A stretch of 64,000 bases of DNA from NCBI GenBank assembly GCA_951804945.1, contig OX638153.1, positions 29,574,001 to 29,638,000 of the forward strand, given 5' to 3'. Below, piece after piece: positions 32,886 to 44,800 of this stretch. The translations under genes and the position numbers were made by a program. This DNA is from Podarcis cretensis. Taxonomy: Eukaryota. The notes below the pieces were generated by a model, which was not told the origin of the DNA, did not search any database, and saw only the letters and a program-made list of their open reading frames with translations. Position 1 is the stretch's first letter. The number at the start of each line of letters is the position of its first letter.

Positions 32886-35800
32886 TTATACTAAATTGAA
32901 ACCTTCATTGTGATCAATAGCTTGGATCAGCTTAGATCTGAGTATTTCTTTATCTGTATATTTTGGAAGATCAAGAAGATTAAAACATGTGTGAGACACT
33001 GGGAGATACTCATCACCACCTCCAGTCGGCTGAATGACAAGACTAAGGCTCTTCATCCCAAGAATAGGAATACGATCACTGCCTGTCAAAAATACTACCA
33101 AGAAAATATAAATAAGTAAGAAGCCTGGGTACAAAGGCCAAAAATGTAGTGCTGTGCTACAATTTTCATTTTACTTTTTAGACTGATATAGCCCAAATCT
33201 AAAATTCTGAAAATGTAAGGCAGTTATAGCCATATGAAATTGTTTATAGTTCATTGTTTTTGCTCAAAGTTATTGTAAACAAATTTTATAGTTTAGAGAA
33301 CTTATTTATTATATTTGTTCATTGCTTCACCCAGAGGTTCTTTGGGGGAACAATATAACTAAAAACAGAAACTCCATATAACACCCCCCGAGTCCAACCC
33401 TAAAAAACAAGTGTGGTGTGAAGTGATTTAATTAAGTTAACAGTTTCTCTTGGCTAAATAAATAATTATTTGCTTGGAAACAGGTGTGCTTACACCTAAA
33501 GCAAGGTTTTCAACCTTTAATGAATCACATCAAATCAAGCAGAGCAGCTACATGGGTGCTTTCAACTGGTATGATATGTTTCACCAGAAACAGCTGCAGT
33601 TAATCTATTCATATATGTGCCTGTATGCATGTTAGGGTGCTCATACATTCAAAACTCAGGGCGGAATCCAGACTTAAGTTAACTTAGGTCCTACTGAAAT
33701 CAATGAAGTGAGCCAAGTCATGATGCATGTTGTGCTTCATTCCCATTGAAACCAGGCAAAAAAAGTCTGGATCCAACATTTGAAACATAAGTGAATAAGC
33801 AACTTGCAGACCTAATCCTAGTAATTGTTGTTTATTTCTGTTTAAAATATTCATTTTTTTAAAAAGTGAAAATGCAAATTCTCCCTTGGACAGAATCCAA
33901 AGTCAACTTAGCATTTTAACCATTCAAAAAAACCAAACCGAACACTAACACTTGGGCTTAGCACAACATGTTAACCAGGTCTACACTGTAGTTTAGCATT
34001 ACGTGCATGAACAGCACTGAGCCTCATGCTCACATTCATAGGTGCCAACTCCCTGGGGCCCTGGGTGCTTGAGCACCCACAAAATTCCCATGAAGGGGGC
34101 AGGCACCCACAAATTTTGGTGCCAGGGCCAAGCTGGCACTCCTGCCTGCATTTCCCCCTAACCTCCAGTCCTGAAGTGATTAGAAGAAACTGCTGCTGCC
34201 GCTCTTAAACTGAAGTTCTTACTTCCAAATTTGGGGACAGATTACACTATAACTTGATAACAAGACAGGATCATAAACTGCACATTGATCCTGGCTTGTC
34301 TGAACACGCCACAGCTAAACTAACCACAGTTCCAAGTTTGGATGTAGGTTGTTTAAAACCATAGGTAGATCCTTCCAATAGCCAGCTATGCTGAAGGAAG
34401 CTCCACAGGCCCCAGGCTCACTGCTGCTTAGCATATAGTGCTAAATTATGACCTAGTGTTACATGAAAAATAAGCCAGTGGTAACAATTGCTCTAGACAA
34501 AACAAAAAAATTCCTTCCAGTAGCACCTTAAAGACCAACTAAGTTAGTTCTTGGTATGAGCTTTCGTGTGCATGCACACTTCTTCAGATACACTGAAACA
34601 GAAGTTTCCAGACCCTTCTATATAGTGAGAAGGTGGGGAGGGGTATTACTCAGAAGGGTGGTGGGAATGGGTGATTGGCAGATAGCTGTGATGAGCCTGT
34701 TGACGACTCTTAACGACTGCAATAGGTCTTACAGGAAAAAGCAAGGGGTGAGAAGGTGAAAAATGGCTTTGCCATGTATAATGAGATAAGAATCCAAGGT
34801 CTTTGTTCAGACCAGGACTCTCCATGGTTTTAAGTTTGGTGATAAGTTGCAATTCAGCAGCTTCTCTTTCCAGTCTATTTCTGAAATTCCTTTGTAGTAA
34901 AACAGCTACCTTGAGATCTTGTATAGAATGTCCTGGGAGATTGAAGTGTTCTCCTACTGGTTTCTCTGTCTTGTGATTCCTGATGTCTGATTTATGTCCG
35001 TTTATTCTTTGGCGTAAGGTCTGGCCTGTTTGTCCAATATAGAGAGCTGAAGGACACTGTTGGCATTTGATTGCATACACAATGTTAGACGATGAGCAAT
35101 TAAATAGTCCCAAGATGGTATGTGTGATGTTGTTGGGGCCAGTAATGGTGTTGTCCGGGTGTATGTGGCAGCAAAGTTGGCATCTGGGTTTATTGCAGGC
35201 TCTGGTGCCAGTGTCCGTGTTAGGTCTGGTTGTAGTATTATTGTGGGTTAGGAGTTGTTTAAGATTGGGTGGCTGTCTGTAGGCAATGAAAGGTCTTCCT
35301 CCCAGAGCTTGAGAAAGAGAACTGTCATTGTCCAGGAGAGGTTGTCAGAGATCTAACTTAGTTGGTCTTTAAGGTGCTACTGGAAGGAATTTTTTTGTTT
35401 TGACTATGGCAGACCAACACGGCTACCTATCTGTAATTACTCTAGAGTTCCTATTTAGATTTCTTATTTTCTTACACAGTTTTGTATACTTACATAAAAA
35501 CTGTTTCTTCTTCTCCAGTGGTAGCTCATGAAAAACTTCCCAGAACATTTTAATTGTTGGATTCTCTGCCCAATATTCTCCTTTGTATTGAGTATTCTAA
35601 GAACAACAAATCAAAATCACAATATATCCCCCTCAAATTTACAAATAAAATGTTGTATATTGAACAAACAAAAATACCTATGCGTACACGTATTTATAGA
35701 ATTTTATGTATTTTAGTGTTTTTCTACATAATACAGAAAAGCTCTATTTTGGACAATCGCTTAATTATACAGGATTCTTTAGTGTTCAGTTGTTGCTAAT

Positions 35801-38800
35801 GTCTGGACTAGTAACATACCTTCTCTAGTTCTTTCCAATCATAGTTTGTATTCCCAATCACCATTGCTTGCAGTTCGTTGGGCTGGAAGAGCTGCAGAAC
35901 TTTACCTCCACACACCTTGTGAAAGCCTGCATGGAATGCGTCATAGAGAGGAGCCACAGATTTATTGAAGATGTAGTCCACGTAGGCATTGACAAACTCT
36001 TGCCTAAAGATCAAATGAGAAGAAAAGGCACCATGTTTTCAGAAGATGAGAATGTTCAACCACAACTCCACTAGCAATGAACAGCAACCATTTTAACACT
36101 GTCAACAATTATCTTCAGATAGCTCCTAGTTAAGAACTATAACATGAATGTCACACTGAATCCAGCATACAAGGCAAAGAGGGGAGGCATGAGAAAGGAA
36201 CAGGCAAGTTTGACACTAATTTCTGACTTCTTAAGCTATGGTTTATGAAGCCAGGAAAGATAATTCAAATGCTGCCAATGTCTTGGTGGCTGCAGTAAGG
36301 AACCACCAAGAAGAGCAGCGGAAGGGCAAAACTCATTTCTTAAAATATTTTGCCTGTTTATCACCACCACAACAAAGAAAGAAAGAGAAAGAGAAAGAGA
36401 AAGAGAAAGAGAAAGAGAAAGAGAAAGAGAAATTTCTTTTGCAAGATTACAGGTTTGGAATAAATATCTCAGAAGTTGGGTGTAACTCCCCACCACACCC
36501 ACACCCCTTATAGTTCAATTCTGAGTTAAGAACCTGCATGACATGAAAAAAGTATTTCTCACTGATAAAATTGCAAAGGCAAACTATTCTGTCAACCTAC
36601 CATGCTAAAACTTACCTATTTTGTTTGACGACAGGAATATCAGTACCATTAGGAATTAGCTCCTTAACTTCCGTAGTACCAAAATTTTCAACAGTGATCT
36701 GTTTAGAACATGAGAGAGTATTTTACTTTTTGTTGCAGAATAGAATCTATAATTCAATACAGGAAAGCAAAGCATGCTATACAAAGCCTAGCATTTTAAC
36801 AGGAAAAGAGAGACTTGATTACATATTATTACTCCTTACACTGGCATTAAAAAAGTGGCAATGGATGATCTCACACTTACTGTAAAGTTGAGGCAGAAGG
36901 TATCCTCTATATCATCTTCTGGGTAGTCCAATAATTGCTGCATACTCCTGAGAATAAAATGTCTCTCATCGCAAGTTGTAACAGCACAATTTATTCAGAA
37001 ACTTACAGAACTGAAATGGTTTTATATTCTTCCATAGAAATTTACAGTTTAGATTAGCAAAAATCTAGCAGCTACTGAGAAGTCAATATCTGTTCAAGTT
37101 TTTTTGCCCTGGAAGGATTTCAATCCTAAAAAACCTACATTTGTTTCAAGTGTGTCAACTAGAAATAAAGACACTCTAAATCTTGTATCTCATCTCCTTA
37201 ACAAGGTATTGAATTATTTCTTTGCACTGTGAAAGAAGTTATGATGCACAGAAATGTTAATCTACTTACTGTACTTTCAGTTGTAATGTGCTCACCTGCC
37301 AACATCAGGCATTAGCTCTTTGAGGTCATCCAGGGAAGGTTTCTTGTTCAGGAGCTTCTTATATAAAGCCAAGGGGAAGTGAAGCTCTACAATAGTAAAA
37401 TTATATATTGCTAGCCCACAGACAACACCAATCAGATGAAACAAGTCACTGTCTTCAAAGGTCTGCAAATATGAAAAAACTGAAATTAAACTTTTAAAAG
37501 CTTACAAAAACATGCACATTGCTTTAGAGACCGTGCTTGTATTCAACTGCTGCTAGACTTCAAGTGGAATCACAATAATTTTGCAAGCTAGTACACTCAG
37601 TTATTACTCATGTTTGAGGTTGGGATCTATAGGGTTAAAAACTCATCAAGCCATTTTTTTCAAGGGTTACAGAAAAGGGTGTTTAATTGATTTGTATTTG
37701 ATTTTGCAATCCCCTCTCGTGTAGCGAGGCAACAACTCAAGTGGCAAGGAACCAGTGTTTTGAGGGTTACCATTCTAGAGAGAGAAGTCCTGATGATGGT
37801 TATCTATGATCTGGTAACATCCTGTATTAATGCACTGTCCTTGGTGCTGCCTTTGAAGCAACTAGGAAAATTCAGCTAGTACGAAATACAATGCCTAGGT
37901 TACTAACAGAGACCAACTGAATATATATCTCACTCAACAGAAAACTGCACTAGCTGCATCTCTGGCACAGTTTAAGGTGCTGGTTCTTGCCTTTAGAACT
38001 TTAATCAGCTTAGGAGGACTGCTTTGTTCACAGGAACCTACAGCTCAAGTTCTAAGATCATCCTTGAAGTCCTTTCTCTGAGACATCTTGATGAAGCCAA
38101 TTATGACAAAGGAAAAGGGTCTTTTCTGTTGTGGCACATCTGGTGTAGAGTATTTCCATGGGAAGGCTTTTTATCACACTACATTTGGATTTTTTATTAC
38201 ACTACATGTGTTAAAAATGCTAGGGTGTCTGTTTTGTCACCAACAAGAGTTTTGTGAATGGCCGCTGTTAATAATGTAATTGTGACTGATCATATGTTCT
38301 ACATTTCATTTCCCTCTAACCTCATGATTTATAATCCTTCTTCCAAACAACTCAGGTGAACACTTCATGTACCCGATGAAGTGATCTGTACTCCATGAAA
38401 GCTTATGCCATAAAACTTTAAGATGCGGATACTTTTATTTTGGCCCCAACAGACTCTACAAAAACACAGCCATGCAGCAGCCACAAAACACACTAACTTA
38501 ATCTAGTGCTGTTGTATTCATGGCCTTCTGTGACCACCAGGGAAAGGGGACAGAAATGAGCACATTAAGGATCAAGAGCAAAGGGCTAACATAACAAATG
38601 CTATCATAGACTAAAGGATGCAGTGTGCACTGGTGCAATTATATCATAGTAGTAATATTCTCAAAGATACCATAGGCTGAAAGTAAATCAAGATATTCAT
38701 TTCCACTATAAATACACAAAATCCAACAAATTACATACCTTATCTGAGAACCAGATGAGCCTCGATTGTTCATCGTACCTGAACATTCCATACTTGGGAT

Positions 38801-41800
38801 CTAACAGCTCTCTCATGATAAGCAAGAAAAATTCTTTGCGAACTCCTCCTGCATCAACAGCTTCTTCCCCTACAAAAATAACCTAACATTGGCAATGCAG
38901 TTAGAACATTACATTTTTAAAAAATAAAATACCACACATACTCATAGATTCATAGAATTGTAGAGTTGGAAGGGACCCTGAGTATCATCTAGAACAACCT
39001 CCTGCGATGCAGGAATATGCAGCTGTCCTGTAAGGGAATCGTACCTGTGACCCTGGCGTTATCAGCACCAGGTTCTAACCAACTGAGCTATCCACAAGTG
39101 CTCAATTTGTTACTTGGATAATGACATTTACAATAAGGAGTCTGAATAAAGGCCACTTCATACATTATATTTTAAAGTTGTAAAATGTGTTTTAAGTTTT
39201 TATTATGTTTTTATATTTAAAAAATATTATTATTATTATTATTATTAATATGCTGGATGCCGCCCAGAGTGGCTGGGGAAACGCAGCCAGATGGGTGGGG
39301 GGATAATAAATGAATGAATGGATGAATGAATGAATGAACACGGCAAATGCATATTTGTAAAGACATACGTTATACAGGTATATATTATACAGGTACATTT
39401 TTCATTGACCTGGAGCAGCCTCAAGTCTATGAATGAATGTTGAGGGGCAAGTTATGAATTATATGCAAGTGTGTATACTAAAGTTCCAACAATTAAAAAG
39501 AAAGAAAATGCACCAAAAGGAGCCTTAGGTAGTTGTGCTTTTGAATGATGGGAGGAAGCGAGTGCTGAGCCCTTTCTTGGCCAGCTGTTCTTTGCTTAGA
39601 ATTCTCCCTTCACCCAGTTCTAGGACAAATATTTGCCATGGGAAAAGCAGAGGGTAGGGGGTGGAGAAGAAGAGAAAACTGAAGGCCAGGTGTGCATCAC
39701 AAAAAGGTAAACATGCATGCATATAGGCTATACCTTAAGAGGCTTCTTGTAGTCAACATTTTTTGTTTTTCTTAGGACTTCCATGGTATCCCCCACAATA
39801 TTGTCTCTGCGCACAATTAAGATCAGACATGGATTGACAGATTCAAATACTGGGAGAAAAATAGATGAGAAATTCTGTCTGTGAGCCTGGTCAACAGCCA
39901 TCTGGGAAAAACCAAGTAAAAACCTTAGTGGCAGCAGCAGTAGTAATAAACACTGGGTGCTCAAGAGAATCTACAATTCCTAGTAATATTTCTACCTTGT
40001 GATTATACTAATGCAGTACTGCCTGAATCTTTGATATCCAAAGACACAGTTTTTCTTGATATCTGAACAACTGTGATACAAGCCAGTTAATATAAACAGG
40101 GCCTAAGTTATATCAATCCAGGAATAACTACAGTGTTTTAAAGTATTTTATTTTTAAATTACTGTTTTACCTGCATCTGTAAAACCGCATCTGTCTGCAA
40201 GAGTGTTGTCTTTGCCTGTGCATCAAACACAAATGGGTAGGTGCAAATTGTAACTGGCACATCTGCTAGCTAGAAAGGCAATAGAAAAAGCTGTTAGCAT
40301 GTGCACTATTAGCAACAGTATATATACATTTTCTTTTGGCAGTTATGCAACATTTACTTGACAGAGAGATATAATGCAGGATATCCAGCTTATGAAGAGG
40401 TTTATGTTTTTTAAACAGTTTTAGATATATCTAATCCATGAATTTATTGCAAGATTATCAGAATTCAAGGCCCATGGATAAACCTGATGTCAGAATCTTT
40501 GGGTCTAGTTTCCAAAACTTTACTGTCGGAATCAGATAACTTCTTACCTCATTTAATCCATGGCTGATATCCTACCAAAAGAGTGCATAAGAGGCAGCAG
40601 TAATTAAAAGGAAAAAAAACACTGTTAGGTTCCTCTCCACTTTCCTCCACACCCCCAAAAAGCCTTCATGCAGGTGCCTGCATATTTTTTAAAAAAAGAT
40701 GGGCACAGACTAATGCCTGTGTGGCATTCAGAGTAGAGCTATTGAAATTAATGAACCCAAGAGCTTCCTCTTGTCCTGCTGCTTCCCTGCCCTACCCCAA
40801 GCAAAACTGTTCTTTAGTACTCAAATGGAGCAAATAGCAAATGGTTTTTCTGTAGACTGCCCTTTGTTCCAATTTAAAGTTAAGAGCAGGTTTTCCCTGG
40901 GAAAGGAGCGGGACAAGGGGGAAACTGCTTGGGCCCATGCTTTCTAAGTGTGGACGAGCCCTAACTTAAGTCACTTTCATGAATGTCAATGGGTCTATTC
41001 TGAGCAAAATTTAGTTAAATACCTCTCTCTATGTCCTATGTACAGGGACGTGGGTGGCGCTGTACATAGGGTGGCGCTTTGCACGTCAAAGTGCAAGTAG
41101 ATAAATAGGTACCGCTCCGGCAGGAAGGTAAATGGCGTTTCTGTGCGCTGCTCTGGTTTGCCAGAAGCGACTTAGTCATGCTGGCCACATGTCCTGGAAG
41201 CTGGACACCGGCTCCCTCGGCCAATAAAGGGAGATGAGCGCCACAACCCTAGAGTCTGCCATGACTGGACCTAATGGTCAGGGGTCCCTTTACCTTTATG
41301 TCCTGTGTACACAGAGCAGTGTAGAGAACAATGTATGCTAGTGCACATGGATCCCAGGGAGGTACATGGCATAACTGTGCCCACATACAGATTCACTGCT
41401 AATACATGCATGGAGCCTCTACCAAAGTCATGCCTGGCACACATTCACTTCCACAAGATGCAGTGGTCGCTCCTTAGAAAACAGGGATAAATAAAAGTTC
41501 ACAGAGAGGTTTGGTCCTAAACCATGCAATTCTCCAACTTTAAGATTGGTTTATTCAAACATCTATCCCAGCTCATTTCTAAAGCTTTATTGTGGCTCAC
41601 CTCCAAATTATGACTAAACTATTAATGTGCCTAAAAACCAAATGTCACAGGCGCAAAAATCTAGCCTAGGTAGTTTTTTAGTTCTTTTCATCCTTCATCA
41701 ACATGTTGATAATGGACACAGAGCACTCATGAGCACAACTTATCTATTCAATTAATACATTTATGAATAATCTTTTTCATTTTCAAAGTCTTAAAAAGCA

Positions 41801-44800
41801 GATTGCATTTCTCACAATCAGTATTCTGAAACCACAGATCCTATTTAACCTACACTGTTTCTAGGCTCTGCTCCAAGCCATTACAAAAATACTTCAGATG
41901 CCCGACTTGAGATATATGAGCAGGGAAAGAGACACTTCTGAGCTAAAAATAAAATTGATACTTTAGGGAGTAGTATTAAATAAGGGTGGGGACCTTTCCT
42001 TTGAGAACATCATGATTACTGAATAGAAGAAGTAAAAGAACAATGAATTATATGCACAATTGCAATGGTGGGATGTAGAATACAGGTATTCTCCCATAAA
42101 AGTAATATATTTGATTAACTCATGAGGAGAGATGCATGAGGGCAGATGATATTTTTAAAAGGTGTTAGTGTTTGATCACCATCATTTAATAAACCTGGAA
42201 TTTTGGTTCCTGTTGCCTACATTAAATAGTTTCCAAAAATATTATTGTTTGTTTAAAAGCCCAACTCTATTACTACCTTCAGTATAAATTAAGAATCCAT
42301 GTTCTGACCCTGAGTGGTATCTCAATTAGTGTTTGGAAGCAAGAAGCAAACTAACTAGAAACTTAGATACCCAGCAAGTCTTTCATATATCCAAGCAACG
42401 CATTTACTTTTCAGTTCAGAGATGTGGCTGTGAGAAATCACCTCTGCTTGCACCCTATGGTCCAGTTCACACCAAACCAGGGGTGGTTAACCTGTTGCTC
42501 AACTACAACTCCCACCAGCCTCAGATAGCATCACCAATGATCAGTGGTGAGTCGTAGTTCAGGTTATTCATGTCTGTCTCTATACCATGGGCTTAGTGCT
42601 GCATGAACAAATCTCCCTGAACTCTGAGCAAAGCACTGGCCTGCATGCTCGCCTCACCAATTCTTGTTAGGCCAGGAGAAGAACCTGCACCAAGTTTGGT
42701 TTTGCTTTTGAACAGTCTAGGCTCAGTGCAAATGAATGGACTAGGGATTTTGGCGGTTAGCTTCAGGAAGAACTCATGTGCCAAGATGTGACTGTGGTAC
42801 AGCATGATTTGCCAGTATATCCAAACCAAGCAGTGCATCATTTGATGTACACTCTGTATTCTTTAAAGGAAAAGAAGAAAAACTAGCCCTCTCTCTAACG
42901 CTTATCAAAGACCAACTTTTTTACTCTGTATGGATGTAATGTTTCAGAAAGCTTCATAAAAAGGGCATTGTCCAGGAAAAACTAAAAAGAAAAAGAAAAC
43001 CCATAACCCAAAACTGACATGCACTTAAGAACCACTCTAAATAGAACACTTGTCACAACCTAAACTGTTCTTGGCCTGCACTGCTTCAGACTGTGGTGGA
43101 GGAGCAGGGGACCTAACATAGTCATGTTCATTAATTTCAATGGGTACACTGTTGAGTGAAATTTTGGTTGAATACCATCCAGAGAAATCTAGCATGTTAG
43201 GGAGAACACCCTTCTCTCCCACACCTAGCTAATCTGTTTGCAGGAATTTATTTATGTATTGGGAACACTGAGCCATACAATTCATCCAACTGAGCAGCTA
43301 TGCAATGTGAATTCGAGCCCATGCAGTGTATTTTATAACGCATAGTGAAAACAAAAATGGGACATTTACCATTCCATATGCCTGCTGCTGAATCCAGTGG
43401 AAGTAGTCACTTCTTATGTCTATCAAATCCTGTAGTTCATGTATGTAGAATTTATCATATTGTATGATTTGCCCACCTCTTTCATTTACCTGCATTTTAA
43501 AGAGAATGCAGTTTGTCACTGAGAATATTTTACATTTCAGTCTATTCTATTAAAACTATTTCTTCAGATTTGTATATGAAATGCTATTTGCAATATTTTG
43601 GCTGGCCTAATAAAGGTATTGCCATACTATGGAGTCTGGAAGTTGCTGTCTGTTAGCCAGCCTTCTTCACAAAGAGGAATAATTTGTCTGAACTCTTAAA
43701 CTATTTTCATTTATAAATATATGTCCTTTCCCAAAGCATAACAAGACTGGAATATGTTAGTCACGCAATGATTTAGTTATAAACTATAGGGAACAGCCAT
43801 TTTCTGTGTGCACCGCTTTCAGCCACAGAATGGGGAGGGGCTGGAACAGGCTGATGTTTTAAGGACATTTTTGATATGATGCTTTCTCCCTCCCACTTTA
43901 GGGGTAGGTATTTGTTTGCTGAATGTGACTGAGGTTATTTATATAACTGAATAGCAGCAAGAGAAAATGTGTTTTAAATTGTTTATTTATAGAATGATAC
44001 TGTTTATATATATTAAGTTGTAAACATTAAGAGGTTAGTGTAAAAACAACCATGCATTTTATTCCAAGATGCACTCCAAAAACCAACTTGATAATAAAAG
44101 TACTTGCTACTACCAGGCAGCCTGTGAGTAAGACTATTTGAAAAGTGGGGTTCCACATGTTTCTTGTCAGCTATTTCGATATGCAGTGTCAGATCTTAAG
44201 ACATTGAACCAGAATGCATGCATGTATGCATAGAACTGCAGCCTTAGTGATTTCTCTTTTGTGGTTCTGCCTTTGCTAAAGCAAGATATGTTGTTCACAA
44301 AATAAATTTTGACTCCATTTGTAATATTGGCATGAGCTTTCTGTTAGGGTGTGAAACCTAAGACGCTGGCAAGTTAGCAATGTCATGTGACTTTAAGTAG
44401 TCAAGCTCGTTAAGTTGTTAAGTTGCTCAGTATATAAAGAGTGTTTGTTTTCTCTGCCTGTGGGGCGTGAAGCAAAAATGTCTGAAAGCTCCGGAGGTGT
44501 TTCTGTTATCTTTCTGTAATAAACCTGTCTTTGGAAAGACAGGCTTCCCTGTGTCGTTATTTCTTTGCTGCTGAGACTCTGAAGCTTGTACTGCAATAAG
44601 AATCTCTGCACTGGACTTAATTAATGCTCTGCAAAGAGAACTGTTGCTGGTTGCGCAGCGGAAGCGTTTACTGGACCAGTACACAGACTCTCTTACTTTC
44701 AACTTCTGTGGTTTGGGTGAGTCCATATACTGAGAGCCGTATACTTTGATCTCAGTTCTGATGTTACATTAAATCAAAGTATGGTCTTGCATGTCTCTTC

